Notes: a model not told the origin generated them from the letters alone. A DNA stretch of 64,000 nt from an uncultured Lachnospiraceae bacterium (GCA_947037115.1 CAMQTN010000003.1:7091-71090), one strand, 5' to 3'. Positions 37,918 through 48,329 are shown, counted from the first letter of the stretch. Numbers and translations are program-made.

Positions 37918-37971
37918 TTGCCGCGGACTCAGCAGTCCGTGGCCAAAGAATTGCTGTGGCATTATAAAAGC

Positions 37972-38003
37972 AGGGCAGGGAATGACAGTTCCCTGCTCTT
38001 TCT
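37972..38003 (+). terminator. Rho-independent terminator
   Basis: agggcagggaa / ttccctgctct stem followed by a T-rich tract. Confidence 0.6.
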
Positions 38004-38101
38004 ATATTTATAAAATGCGTGCGGCACCTTTTAGGAAACTGCAACGTGTTATAAGTAGAGAGCTCAAAAACAGTCTGCAGATTGGGAAAGGTGAAAATGT
38101 T

Positions 38102-38602
38102 ATGACGATAGAGGAAGCAGTGATAAAATACAGCCCCATGCTTTACCGTATCTGCGTGGTTATGCTGGGCAATGAGACGGACGCGCAGGACGCGGTACAG
38201 GATACCATTTGCAAATATTTGGAACATACAAAGAAGTTCCGGGATCAGGAGCATGAGAAGGCCTGGCTGATCAGGGTGGCCCGGAACCGATGTATTGACA
38301 TGCAGCGGTTCCGCCTGCGCCATCCCCAGATAGAGCTTTCAGAAATTACTGCAAGTTATGAGAACCCGGAATACAGCGAAGTCCTGACACAACTGGTTGC
38401 GCTTCCCGTGCCTGTAAAAACAGCGGTTTATCTGTATTATATAGAAGGCTATAAAACGAAGGAAGTGTCAGACATACTGGGTATTTCCGTCAATGCTGTG
38501 AAGAAGAGATTACAGCGCGGCAGAAAACTGCTGCGGCTGCGGCTGGAGGGAGATTACCGGGACACAGAAGAATGGAATGGAAAGGGAGGAAAAAATGTAT
38601 GA
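38102..38602 (+). CDS. ECF-family RNA polymerase sigma factor
   Basis: Region 2 DAQDAVQD...AWLIRVARNRCID; region 4 EGYKTKEVSDILG...VKKRLQRGR. Confidence 0.92.
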   Translation: MTIEEAVIKYSPMLYRICVVMLGNETDAQDAVQDTICKYLEHTKKFRDQEHEKAWLIRVARNRCIDMQRFRLRHPQIELSEITASYENPEYSEVLTQLVALPVPVKTAVYLYYIEGYKTKEVSDILGISVNAVKKRLQRGRKLLRLRLEGDYRDTEEWNGKGGKNV

Positions 38603-39807
38603 AACTCACAGATTTGAGAAACGCGGTAAATGAGATAGATTTTGACAGAGAAAGACAGGAACAGATGATACTGGAAATACAGGCAAAGAAAAGGCTTCGG
38701 GGATATACGAAAGGTTTGCGGATTGCGGCCGGCTTTATGGTCTGTATTTTGTCGGTGGGGGTTATGAGCATACCGGTGCGTGCTTTGGTTCATTCTCTGG
38801 TGCAGGAGCGCATGGAAAAACTGCCGGAGGAGGAGATTACCAAAATCGCGGAACAGATTCAGAGTCAGTCCGCCGAGGCGGACAGTTCCAGCAGGGAGTA
38901 CACGAAAGGGGAAAAGGAGCGCAGGGGAAAACTGTATGCGCAGTATTTAAATGGGCTTTTTCCTACAGGAGAGCTGACGCAGGTGGACAGCGAGGAGGAG
39001 GCTGGAAAATACGAATTCTGTTTTCTGACGACGACTTCGGTTTTTTATCTGCCGGCGAACCGGGAATTAACGGATGAAGAGATTCTGGAACAGATTGATT
39101 TTGAAAAAAAGCGCGATTACGCGTTGCAGGAGCAGCGCGCGGAAGAGATTGCAGAGAAAAAAGCGGCGGAGAAAGAACAGATCAAAGAGGTAGTCGCATC
39201 CGGCGGCATCACCGAAGAACAGGCCGTGGAGACTGCCACAGGGTATTTACAACAGATTTTCGGGCTTGACGGGAGCGGCATGGAATTAAATCATTATTAT
39301 AGCGATCCGGATTCTGCGCCGGAGCATATTGTTGGTACTTACTGCGTGAACTGGAGCGATATGGGAAATTATCGATACTATTATTTCTTTATCGACGCGG
39401 CGGACGGCACTCTGCGTTCTATGACATACAGCTACGATCTTGAAGGAAGCGAGGCTGCAAGGCCGGCGGCCTCGGAAGCTCCTGAAAAAATTGTAGACAT
39501 CAAGGAGCAGGCGGAAAGTTTTTTGCGGGAGAAGATGGAGATTCGGGAAGATTTTACAGAGGTGAAGAGCTATTACCTGTTCAATACCGCGGATCAGAAG
39601 GTAAGCAGGCTGGTTGACGTTCTGTTTGTCAGGGAGGATGGCCCGGCTTATCTGATCGGGTGCAGGTGGGACGGCGGGGTGACCGATTATTCCATGACCA
39701 CGAAGGAAGAATACGAGGAGCATATTCGTACCAATGCAAAAGCCAGCGCTGAACGTTATGAGATAGAAGAGGGAAAAGAGGTAAGGATAGAGATTATCGA
39801 AAATTGA
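38599..39807 (+). CDS. Putative membrane-anchored anti-sigma factor
   Basis: ATGA overlap with the sigma gene; short cytoplasmic N-terminus, one TM, large acidic extracellular region with a PepSY-like ITEEQAVETA segment. Confidence 0.65.
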   Translation: MKLTDLRNAVNEIDFDRERQEQMILEIQAKKRLRGYTKGLRIAAGFMVCILSVGVMSIPVRALVHSLVQERMEKLPEEEITKIAEQIQSQSAEADSSSREYTKGEKERRGKLYAQYLNGLFPTGELTQVDSEEEAGKYEFCFLTTTSVFYLPANRELTDEEILEQIDFEKKRDYALQEQRAEEIAEKKAAEKEQIKEVVASGGITEEQAVETATGYLQQIFGLDGSGMELNHYYSDPDSAPEHIVGTYCVNWSDMGNYRYYYFFIDAADGTLRSMTYSYDLEGSEAARPAASEAPEKIVDIKEQAESFLREKMEIREDFTEVKSYYLFNTADQKVSRLVDVLFVREDGPAYLIGCRWDGGVTDYSMTTKEEYEEHIRTNAKASAERYEIEEGKEVRIEIIEN

Positions 39808-39823
39808 TGATGGCAGAAGATAA

Positions 39824-39853
39824 AAAAACCGGGTGCGTCTGCACTCGGTTTTT
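39824..39853. terminator. Bidirectional terminator
   Basis: aaaaaccgggtgc-gtct-gcactcggttttt between convergent genes. Confidence 0.85.
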
Positions 39854-39873
39854 GCGTGATAGTAAAAACTAAT

Positions 39874-40143
39874 TTACTCATGTTGGGGATGGGAACCGAT
39901 CTTGCTGATTGCGGCCATCACCGTAGTAAGAATTTCTACCTCAGCCTGTGGCTGATAATTATTTAATTTCTGATAAAGTGCGCCGGTATCCGTACGTACA
40001 TATTGGGGTGAAAGTCTGTTCAGCGCATAAGACATCATGTCCAATCTGCAGTTATCGCAAGAACAAACTTCAGGCATCGTGGGCAGCAGTTTGTTAAGCT
40101 GATACTCCACAGCATCTTCCATGATATTTTTTAAGCCTTCCAT
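39874..40143 (-). CDS. ComFB-family protein
   Basis: LKNIME, CSCDNCRLDMMSYALNRLSPQYV, C-terminal HPQH; GGAGG RBS. Confidence 0.85.
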   Translation of the reverse strand: MEGLKNIMEDAVEYQLNKLLPTMPEVCSCDNCRLDMMSYALNRLSPQYVRTDTGALYQKLNNYQPQAEVEILTTVMAAISKIGSHPQHE

Positions 40144-40352
40144 TCCGAACCTCCCTCATTTGCTACACAGTTCTATAATAGTACATTTTTCCTAAAGAAT
40201 CAATGTTTATTTCGTAAAAGGCTGGTGAAAAGGGAAAAAAGAGTGCATTTTGTGCAAAATTACTCATACTTGCTTTTTTTTCGGAGAATGGTATCATATA
40301 TTCGGTAATTATTGCCTTGTCCCTGATATGGGCGGAACAGTTTGGAGGAAAT

Positions 40353-41201
40353 ATGGATATTATCTTGGATGTGTTATGCGACACCTGTATAGATGCGCTG
40401 AGGCTTTTGCCGTTTCTCTTTCTGACCTATCTTGCGATGGAATCTCTGGAACACTGGACGGGCGGGCGTATGCAGGAAGTTGTCAGGAAATCCGGTAAAG
40501 CGGGCCCGGCGATTGGCGGTCTTCTCGGCATTTTTCCGCAGTGCGGTTTTTCTGCCGCTGCGGCAAACCTCTATGCCGGCAGGATCATTACACTGGGAAC
40601 ACTCATAGCTGTGTTTCTGTCTACTTCCGACGAGATGCTTCCAATTATGATATCTGAAAATGCAGCGCTTTCCATGATCGGGAAGATTCTTTTGGTGAAA
40701 GTGGTTTTTGCCCTTGCAGCAGGATTTCTTGTGGATTTTTTCTTTCGGGGAAATGTGGAGATGCAGATTGAGCATTTGTGCGAGAGACATCACTGTCACT
40801 GCGAGAGAGGGATCTGGAGATCAGCCTTTCGCCATACATGGGAAATTTTCTTATATATTATTGCAGTTTCCCTGATTTTGAATTTTGCCATTGCACTGAT
40901 CGGTGAGGAGACACTTGCGGCGCTGGTTCAGGGGAAACCGGCTTTGAGCCTGTTTCTGGCTGCGCTTGTGGGCATGATTCCGAACTGCGCTTCCTCTGTG
41001 GTCCTCACACAGCTTTATTTGAGCGGCGTATTAGGCGCGGGCGCACTTATGGCAGGGCTTTTGTCCGGTTCTGGTGTAGGGTTTCTGGTGCTGCTCAGGG
41101 TGAATGAGGACAGAAGGGAAAATCTGCGGATTTTTGCGCTTCTGTATGTGACCGGCGTATGCGCGGGTGCACTGGCACAGTTTTTTGGCATACGTTTTTG
41201 A
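40353..41201 (+). CDS. Putative metal (manganese/arsenic) permease, DUF2899-like
   Basis: PQCGFS, LIAVFLSTSDE, His/Cys loop HLCERHHCHC, IPNCASSV; many TMs. Confidence 0.7.
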   Translation: MDIILDVLCDTCIDALRLLPFLFLTYLAMESLEHWTGGRMQEVVRKSGKAGPAIGGLLGIFPQCGFSAAAANLYAGRIITLGTLIAVFLSTSDEMLPIMISENAALSMIGKILLVKVVFALAAGFLVDFFFRGNVEMQIEHLCERHHCHCERGIWRSAFRHTWEIFLYIIAVSLILNFAIALIGEETLAALVQGKPALSLFLAALVGMIPNCASSVVLTQLYLSGVLGAGALMAGLLSGSGVGFLVLLRVNEDRRENLRIFALLYVTGVCAGALAQFFGIRF

Positions 41202-41302
41202 CCGTGCACGACGCAGCCAGCACTATTCGCAAAGACACAGTTTCGCGGACAAAAAAAGGACCGTCCCCAGAGCGCTTACGTCTCCAAAAACAGTCCTTCA
41301 TA

Positions 41303-41375
41303 TGCACCGCCAGGGGCTCGAACCCTGGACACCCTGATTAAGAGTCAGGTGCTCTACCAACTGAGCTAGCGGTGC
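41303..41375 (-). tRNA. tRNA-Lys (anticodon CTT), CCA not encoded
   Basis: Reverse complement folds as GCACCGC-TA-GCTC-AGTTGGTA-GAGC-A-CCTGA-CTCTTAA-TCAGG-GTGTC-CAGGG-TTCGAGC-CCCTG-GCGGTGC-A. Confidence 0.97.
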
Positions 41376-41569
41376 GCATATCTTTGGTGCCAATGATTGA
41401 ATGCTTGTCACTCAACCAACGCAAAAGTTATTATAGTACAATGTTTTCTGTAATGCAAGTATTTTTTAAAAGAAATTTAAGAATATTTAAAAATTCTTTA
41501 GAGTTTGCATTTCATGCGTCAAAATGGTACATTATTCACAGATTTATTGGCAGGAAAGGGGCGGGATTT

Positions 41570-42334
41570 ATGATTTTTGAAAGCCATGCACATTATGATG
41601 ATGAAGATTTTGATGCGGACAGAGAGGAATTGCTTGCTTCCCTTGCGGAACACGGGATCGGTACGGTGATCAATATAGGGGCAAGCCTGGCCGGAAGTGA
41701 GGCGACTTTGAAACTTTCGGAACAGTATCCTTTTATATACGGGGCGGTGGGCGTGCATCCGAGTGAAGTCGGAGAACTTACGGAGGAAGGGATTGCGCGC
41801 CTGCGCAGTCTGTGCGGACACGAGAAAGTGGTGGCGGTTGGCGAGATCGGGCTGGACTATCACTATCCGGAACCAGCAGTATCCGTGCAGAAGGAGTGGT
41901 TTGAAAGGCAGCTTGCGCTTGCGAGGGAGGTCGGACTGCCTGTCGTTATTCATTCCAGAGAGGCGGCGAAGGATACGCTGGAAATAATGCAGGCGCATCG
42001 GGCGGGAGAGATCGGCGGCGTGGTACACTGCTTTTCCTATACGAAGGAGATGGCGAGAGAGTATCTGGATATGGATTACTATTTCGGTATCGGTGGCGTG
42101 ATTACCTTTAAGAATGCAAAGAAACTGAAAGAAGCAGTGCAGTATATTCCTATGGACAGGATTCTGTTAGAGACGGACAGCCCGTATCTTTCGCCGGAGC
42201 CAAACAGAGGCGGGCGGAATTCTTCGCTGAATCTCCCTTACGTGGCCTCAGCGGTCGCGGAGCTTAAGGGAATTTCTTATGAGGAAGTGGTGGAGAGTAC
42301 CGAGCGTAATGCGAGGAGACTGTTTGGCCTGTAA
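41570..42334 (+). CDS. tatD: TatD-family DNase
   Basis: ESHAHY, GVHP, GEIGLDY, VVIHSREA, VHCFS, LLETDSPYL. Confidence 0.93.
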   Translation: MIFESHAHYDDEDFDADREELLASLAEHGIGTVINIGASLAGSEATLKLSEQYPFIYGAVGVHPSEVGELTEEGIARLRSLCGHEKVVAVGEIGLDYHYPEPAVSVQKEWFERQLALAREVGLPVVIHSREAAKDTLEIMQAHRAGEIGGVVHCFSYTKEMAREYLDMDYYFGIGGVITFKNAKKLKEAVQYIPMDRILLETDSPYLSPEPNRGGRNSSLNLPYVASAVAELKGISYEEVVESTERNARRLFGL

Positions 42335-42357
42335 AAGTAAAAGGGAGAAAATGTTTC

Positions 42358-43224
42358 ATGGCTGATCTGGGAAACTATACAAATACGTCGGAGATACTTA
42401 AGAAATATCAGTTCCGGATGCAGAAGAAATATGGGCAGAACTTTCTGATTGACGCAAATATTCTCCGTAAGATTGTAGAGGCGGCGCAAATAACGGGGGA
42501 AGACTGCGTTCTGGAAATCGGCCCCGGTATCGGTACGATGACGCAGTACCTTGCGGAAGCGGCGGGGCAGGTTATTGCCGTCGAGATTGACAGGGATCTT
42601 ATTCCGATACTGGAGGATACATTGTCTCCTTATGACAATGTCACAGTTATGTGCGAAGATATTCTGAAAGTGGATTTGGCGGCATTGGCACAGGAGAACG
42701 GCGGCAGACCCATAAAGGTGGCAGCGAACCTCCCGTACTATATTACAACGCCTATTATTATGGCGCTTTTTGAGAGCCATATACCGCTTGCGAGTATCAC
42801 GGTTATGGTGCAGAGCGAGGTGGCGGAGCGTATGCAGACAGGGCCCGGCACAAAGGATTATGGAGCGCTTTCGCTTGCAGTGCAGTATTATGCGAAACCG
42901 GAGATTGTTGCCAGAGTGCCTGCTTCCTGCTTTTTGCCGCGCCCGAATGTGGACAGCGCCGTGGTACGCCTGACCAGATACGGGAAGCCGCCGGTTGATG
43001 CTGCAGATGAGGCTTTCCTCTTTGCGGTGATCAGGGCGTCTTTCAACCAGCGGCGAAAGACACTGGTTAACGGTCTGACCAATGCGGCAGGGCTTGGCGT
43101 CACCAGAGGACAGGTAGAAACGGCGCTGAAAAAAATGGGACTTTCTAAAACAGTGCGCGGTGAAACGCTCACTTTGAAACAGTTTTCTGAACTGTCCAAT
43201 CAGCTTTTGGATGCGGGGACATAA
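42358..43224 (+). CDS. rsmA: 16S rRNA A1518/A1519 dimethyltransferase
   Basis: KKYGQNFL, EIGPGIG, ANLPYYIT, PNVDSAV, FNQRRKTL. Confidence 0.97.
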   Translation: MADLGNYTNTSEILKKYQFRMQKKYGQNFLIDANILRKIVEAAQITGEDCVLEIGPGIGTMTQYLAEAAGQVIAVEIDRDLIPILEDTLSPYDNVTVMCEDILKVDLAALAQENGGRPIKVAANLPYYITTPIIMALFESHIPLASITVMVQSEVAERMQTGPGTKDYGALSLAVQYYAKPEIVARVPASCFLPRPNVDSAVVRLTRYGKPPVDAADEAFLFAVIRASFNQRRKTLVNGLTNAAGLGVTRGQVETALKKMGLSKTVRGETLTLKQFSELSNQLLDAGT

Positions 43225-43413
43225 ACGGGAATATTCAAGAATATACAAGATAAAGGGATTCTGAAACAATAAAGTTCCATATATTGGGAGCAAGGGGTAC
43301 TTTTTTCGACGGAATTTATTTACATTGACAGGGGACTATGGTAAACTGAAACAGATAATAGGGTCATTGTGTAGACGGATAAAAAAGTAAAGTACGTTGA
43401 TGAGGTGGGTACC

Positions 43414-46092
43414 TTGGATAAATTTGAGTACAAGGCCAGTGCGGATGAGATTAAGGCGCTGATAGCAGAGGGAGAGTTTGCAGAAGCGGTAAAGATTGCG
43501 GATAAAATTGATTGGCGCAGAGTCAGAAGCGTTATGATGCTATGTACCATAAGCGATTTGTATAAGATCAACAGACGGTTTCAGGAGAGTAAGGACATTC
43601 TTCTGATGGCCTATGAGAAACATCCAACGGGCAGACTGATTATATATTCCCTGTGTGAGCTTTGCATTAAGATGGGAGAGTACGATCAGGCCAGCGAATA
43701 CTATAAAGAGTTCGTACAGATCGCGCCGAGAGATACGGGGCGCTATGTTTTGCAGTATCGGCTCTATGAGGCGCTGGATGTTAGTATAGAGGAACGGATA
43801 GCGATTCTGGAGGAGTTTAAGAAACGGGAGCCCAGGGAAAAATGGGTGTATGAACTGGCTTATCTCTATCATCGAATTGGACTGACAACAAAGTGCGTGG
43901 AAGAGTGCGACGAGATGTTCCTCTGGTTTGGAGAGGGCAGATATGTCATAAAGGCCCTGGAGTTAAAGGCATTGCACCAGCCGCTTTCTCCGGAGCAGCA
44001 GGATAAGTATGATGCTTACATAGAGGGCAGAAGCGCCGGTGAAGATGTGGACGATGATGAGCCGGAATCTGAGGAAGAGGAAGACGAGGAAGACGAAGAA
44101 GACGAGATTCCCGAGGATGATCTGGAGGAAGACGAGACTGCTTACAGGCAGGAGGACGAGCCGGAATATGAGCAGGACATACTTTCTGTGCCCACCACGG
44201 AGCTGCCGGAAGTCAAGACAGTTGACGTGGGACAGTACAACACGATCAATCTGCAGATGGCTCTGGCGGAGAGCATGAAGGAAGTTCTTGCGGAGGATAT
44301 GGACGGATCGGATGAGGGCATCGATGAGATTGGGGAGATCGAAGAGACCGCAAGTGTTTTTGTGGACGAGGAACCGGAGTTGTTCCAGGAAGAGGAAGAT
44401 CCTGCCGGGATAGAGGAATCTTCCATAACCGACGCGTTGATTGCTCCGCTTTTGGAAGAGACGGCCGAACTTCCCAATGTGAAGAATAAAATCATATTAA
44501 ATGAGGAAGAGCTGCAGAAAGTAAGCGAGGAGATTGTGTGGGATGATACGCTGGTCTTCGACGCGCAGAAAATTATAGAAGAAATGACGAAGGAGGCCGA
44601 GAGGTTACAGGAAAGAACCCTTCGTGAGCAGGCGATGGCGATACAACAGCCTTCGGAATATGATAAATTTCTTGCACAGGAGTACGACGGACAGCTCAGT
44701 ATTGTATTGCCTGACGCGGAAAAAGTAGAAAAGCAGATTACAGGACAGCTCAGCATTGATGACATAATGGCTGAGTGGGAACAGATGAAGCAGGATAACA
44801 GGGAAAAACGGATGGAGGATGTCCGTCAGCATATCCTTGCCCAGACGGGCAGTCTGTTTGCGAACTTTGATGAAGCGACGAAAAACGGTCTTTTGGAGGA
44901 GCTCGAGAGGGCGTTCATGGCGGCGATCATGAAGGAGTCCGGGAAAAATCCGCAGGTGAAAAAGGTGGTTTTCCCGGACGATGATTTGAAAGACAGAATT
45001 TCCGCGAAGAAGGAAACGACCGTTCACGAGAAACGGGAGAGGAAGGAAGAGCCGAAGCCGGTAGAAGAACCGGAAGATATCGAGGAACCGGAAGAAATCG
45101 AAGAAGTAGAAGAGATCGGGGAAGCAGAAGAGGTCGAGGAAGCAGAAGAGATCGAAGAAGCAGAAGAGATCGAAGAAGCAGAAGAGATCGAAGAAGCAGA
45201 AGAGATCGAAGAAGCAGAAGAGGTCGAAGAGGCAAAAGAGCCCAGAAAATCTGCAGGAACCAAAAAACCGGTGAAGAGGCCTGCGCCGAAAGAGCAGGAA
45301 CAGGCTGAGGAAGCGGAGCCCGAGGAGGAGACTGCAAGGGACAGAGAGTTAAGCGTGGAGGAGCAGGAACTTTTCGGAAAGTTTGTCCATCAGCGAAAGC
45401 CGAGGAGACAGCTGATCCATACGCTGGACAACATGAGCCTGGCGTCCTGTACGGGTAATATTATTATCACCGGCGAAGAAGAGATTGCAACGTTGTCTCT
45501 GGCGAAGGCTTTGATTCGCGAAATGCAGTACAATGACAACAATTTTTCCGGAAAAGTGGCAAAAGTGGAAGGGCCGGTTCTTAACAAGAAGAATGTGGAG
45601 GCGACCTTTGCAAAGCTTGACAATGGGGCGCTGATTATCGCTGAGGCGGCTAGGCTGAAACAGGCTACGGCAGCTTCCATAGTTAAGGTGCTGGAAAAAG
45701 AGAAAATGGGCATTCTGGTTCTGATGGTGGGCACCAAACCGGAAATTGACGGGCTGCTTAAGAAAAACAAAGCGCTTGTCAACAATTTTAATCTGCGCAT
45801 AGATATTGAGCCTTTGGATAATGAATCTCTGGTGGCCTATGCAAAGCAGTATGCGGAGGAACAGGAGTATTCGATTGATGAATTTGGAATTTTGGCGCTT
45901 CATACGAGAATTGCGGACAGACAGACAAACGACCATGAGGTGACGCTTTCTGAGGTGAGGGAGCTGGTGGATGAGGCGATTGGGTATGCCAATAAAAAAA
46001 CGCCAAAACATTTTATGGATATTTTGCTCGCAAAGAGGTATGATGAAGAGGATATGATTATATTGCGGGAGAAGGATTTCATGCATTATTAA
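43414..46092 (+). CDS. Large hypothetical protein: TPR-like N-terminus, acidic low-complexity middle, degenerate SpoVK/CbbX-like AAA C-terminus
   Basis: Likely TTG start after GAGGTG; helical repeats (YELAYLYHRIG); IIITGEEEIAT at the Walker A position; GALIIAEA at the Walker B position. Confidence 0.75.
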   Translation: MDKFEYKASADEIKALIAEGEFAEAVKIADKIDWRRVRSVMMLCTISDLYKINRRFQESKDILLMAYEKHPTGRLIIYSLCELCIKMGEYDQASEYYKEFVQIAPRDTGRYVLQYRLYEALDVSIEERIAILEEFKKREPREKWVYELAYLYHRIGLTTKCVEECDEMFLWFGEGRYVIKALELKALHQPLSPEQQDKYDAYIEGRSAGEDVDDDEPESEEEEDEEDEEDEIPEDDLEEDETAYRQEDEPEYEQDILSVPTTELPEVKTVDVGQYNTINLQMALAESMKEVLAEDMDGSDEGIDEIGEIEETASVFVDEEPELFQEEEDPAGIEESSITDALIAPLLEETAELPNVKNKIILNEEELQKVSEEIVWDDTLVFDAQKIIEEMTKEAERLQERTLREQAMAIQQPSEYDKFLAQEYDGQLSIVLPDAEKVEKQITGQLSIDDIMAEWEQMKQDNREKRMEDVRQHILAQTGSLFANFDEATKNGLLEELERAFMAAIMKESGKNPQVKKVVFPDDDLKDRISAKKETTVHEKRERKEEPKPVEEPEDIEEPEEIEEVEEIGEAEEVEEAEEIEEAEEIEEAEEIEEAEEIEEAEEVEEAKEPRKSAGTKKPVKRPAPKEQEQAEEAEPEEETARDRELSVEEQELFGKFVHQRKPRRQLIHTLDNMSLASCTGNIIITGEEEIATLSLAKALIREMQYNDNNFSGKVAKVEGPVLNKKNVEATFAKLDNGALIIAEAARLKQATAASIVKVLEKEKMGILVLMVGTKPEIDGLLKKNKALVNNFNLRIDIEPLDNESLVAYAKQYAEEQEYSIDEFGILALHTRIADRQTNDHEVTLSEVRELVDEAIGYANKKTPKHFMDILLAKRYDEEDMIILREKDFMHY
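45061..45240 (+). repeat. 18-bp coding tandem repeat, 10 units, (I/V)EEAEE
   Basis: Four identical atcgaagaagcagaagag copies at 45151-45222 flanked by degenerate units. Confidence 0.95.
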
Positions 46093-46135
46093 ATGCTTAT
46101 GAAAACAAAAGCTAAGTAAAACAGGGGGTTGGTTT

Positions 46136-48124
46136 ATGGCGGTAAAGAAAACGGCTAAAGCTAAAACATCGGAAAAGCAAAAAAAGCAGGCAAAAGTGAC
46201 AGCAGTGAAGAAGGCAGAAAAGAACACGACGGAGGAGGTATTTATCTCCGAGGCGGATCAGTATGTATTCGCGCAGGGCACACACTATGACATCTACAAA
46301 AAGCTGGGAGCGCACCCTTCAGTGGAAAACGGTGTAAAGGGTATGTTTTTTGCAGTGTGGGCGCCCAATGCAGCCAGTGTCCATGTGATAGGTACGTTTA
46401 ACGACTGGGACGAAGAAAAAGACAGGATGGAGAAGCTTGGCCCCGGCGGAATTTATAAACTGTTTATTCCGGGTGTGGGCGAGAATGAGCTTTACAAGTA
46501 TTTGATCCGTACACCTGCGGGGGAGAAGCTTTACAAGGCTGACCCTTTTGCAAATTATGCGGAAATGCGCCCGGGCAATGCGTCCAAAACCTTTGACATC
46601 AGCAAGTTTAAATGGACAGACAGCGCCTGGATCGCTGAGAGAGAGAAGAAAGATTACAACAAAGAGCCTATGGCGATTTATGAATGCCATATCGGTTCCT
46701 GGATGAAACATCCTGACGGCACAGAGGAAGGTTTTTACAATTATCGCGAATTTGCGGACAGAATTGTGGATTACCTGAAAGAGATGCATTATACGCATAT
46801 AGAGCTTATGGGAATCGCGGAATATCCTTTCGACGGCTCGTGGGGATATCAGGTGACGGGTTACTATGCGCCTACTTCCAGACACGGAGATCCCTCCGAC
46901 TTTATGTATTTGATCAATATGTTACATAAAAATAAAATCGGTGTTATTCTGGATTGGGTGCCGGCTCATTTTGCGACCGACGCACACGGCCTCGGCCGCT
47001 TTGACGGGCAGTGCATATTTGAGCATCCCGATCCAAGGATTGGCGAGCATCCTGACTGGGGTACCAAGATTTTCAATTATGCCAAGAATGAGGTCAGGAA
47101 TTTCCTGATTGCAAATGTTCTTTACTGGATCAGGGAGTATCATATCGACGGTATCAGAATCGATGCGGTAGCGTCCATGCTCTATCTGGACTACAGTAAA
47201 AAGGAAGGCCAGTGGGTGCCCAATAAGTATGGCGGCAGAGAAAATCTGGATGCGATTGAGTTCTTCAAGCATTTAAACTCCGTGGTACATGGCGGATATC
47301 CCGGTTTCCTCACGATTGCAGAGGAGTCAACGGCGTGGCCGAAAGTTACAGGCAAGGTGGAAGATGACGGACTTGGTTTCAGCTTCAAGTGGAACATGGG
47401 ATGGATGCATGATTTCTGTGAATACATGAAACTGGATCCTTACTTCCGCAAGAACAACCACTATGCCATGACCTTTGCCATGAGCTATAATAACAGTGAA
47501 AATTATATCCTGCCTCTCTCTCATGATGAGGTAGTGCATTTGAAGTGTTCCATGGTCAACAAGATGCCGGGTTATCCTGTGGATAAGTACGCGAATCTGC
47601 GTGTGGGCTATGGTTATATGATCGGGCATTCCGGTAAGAAACTGCTTTTCATGGGGCAGGAATTTGGACAGGAGAGAGAGTGGAGCGAGGCAAGGGAGCT
47701 TGACTGGTATCTGCTCGGTGAAGAGCAGAATAAGGGCATGCAGGAGTATGTGAAAGAACTGCTGGGACTTTACCGCAAATATCCGGCGCTGTACTCGATT
47801 GACAATGACTGGGCCGGGTTTGAATGGCTGAACGCGGACGATGCCGATCACAGCGTCTACAGCTTCTACCGCAAGGATGAGACCGGTAAAAACAACATTA
47901 TGTTCGTGCTGAACATGACGCCCATGAAATGGGAGAATTATAAGGTGGGCGTGCCGAAGAAGAAAAAATATAAACTTCTTTTAAACAGCGACGAGAAGCG
48001 GTTTGGCGGGAACGGAGGCGAGATTCCGGCGGAGATTATGGCGGTAAAAGAACCGTGTAATTTCAAGGATTACAGCATTTCCTTCGATCTTGAGCCCTAT
48101 ACGGCAGCAATATTTGTCTTCTGA
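46136..48124 (+). CDS. glgB: 1,4-alpha-glucan branching enzyme
   Basis: FAVWAPNA, SWGYQVTGY, LDWVPAHF, RIDAVASMLY, AEESTAWP, KWNMGWMHD, LSHDEVVH. Confidence 0.97.
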   Translation: MAVKKTAKAKTSEKQKKQAKVTAVKKAEKNTTEEVFISEADQYVFAQGTHYDIYKKLGAHPSVENGVKGMFFAVWAPNAASVHVIGTFNDWDEEKDRMEKLGPGGIYKLFIPGVGENELYKYLIRTPAGEKLYKADPFANYAEMRPGNASKTFDISKFKWTDSAWIAEREKKDYNKEPMAIYECHIGSWMKHPDGTEEGFYNYREFADRIVDYLKEMHYTHIELMGIAEYPFDGSWGYQVTGYYAPTSRHGDPSDFMYLINMLHKNKIGVILDWVPAHFATDAHGLGRFDGQCIFEHPDPRIGEHPDWGTKIFNYAKNEVRNFLIANVLYWIREYHIDGIRIDAVASMLYLDYSKKEGQWVPNKYGGRENLDAIEFFKHLNSVVHGGYPGFLTIAEESTAWPKVTGKVEDDGLGFSFKWNMGWMHDFCEYMKLDPYFRKNNHYAMTFAMSYNNSENYILPLSHDEVVHLKCSMVNKMPGYPVDKYANLRVGYGYMIGHSGKKLLFMGQEFGQEREWSEARELDWYLLGEEQNKGMQEYVKELLGLYRKYPALYSIDNDWAGFEWLNADDADHSVYSFYRKDETGKNNIMFVLNMTPMKWENYKVGVPKKKKYKLLLNSDEKRFGGNGGEIPAEIMAVKEPCNFKDYSISFDLEPYTAAIFVF

Positions 48125-48206
48125 ATCTGTCTCTGACATCGGGAATGGAGCGCCAGTAATAAAGGGCATGGTTGCAATTTTTTGAATATTTGACATATAA
48201 TAAAAA

Positions 48207-48246
48207 GAGCCACACATTCATGCTGATATGGGTGTGTGGTTTCTCT
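48207..48246 (+). terminator. Terminator-like hairpin after glgB
   Basis: gccacacattcat / atgggtgtgtggt followed by ttctct. Confidence 0.6.
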
Positions 48247-48329
48247 GCATCATCCATTACGGGGCAGAAAACAACGGAATAAATCTCGAGGTATTAGAAG
48301 ATCGTACAATAGAGGGAAGGAGAGATGTT

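Noticed and set aside
41303..41375. tRNA-Lys as an integration site
   Set aside because: No integrase nearby and I found no duplicate of the tRNA 3' end in the window.
45061..45240. Regular repeats as a possible CRISPR array
   Set aside because: No unique spacers, in-frame coding repeat, no cas genes.
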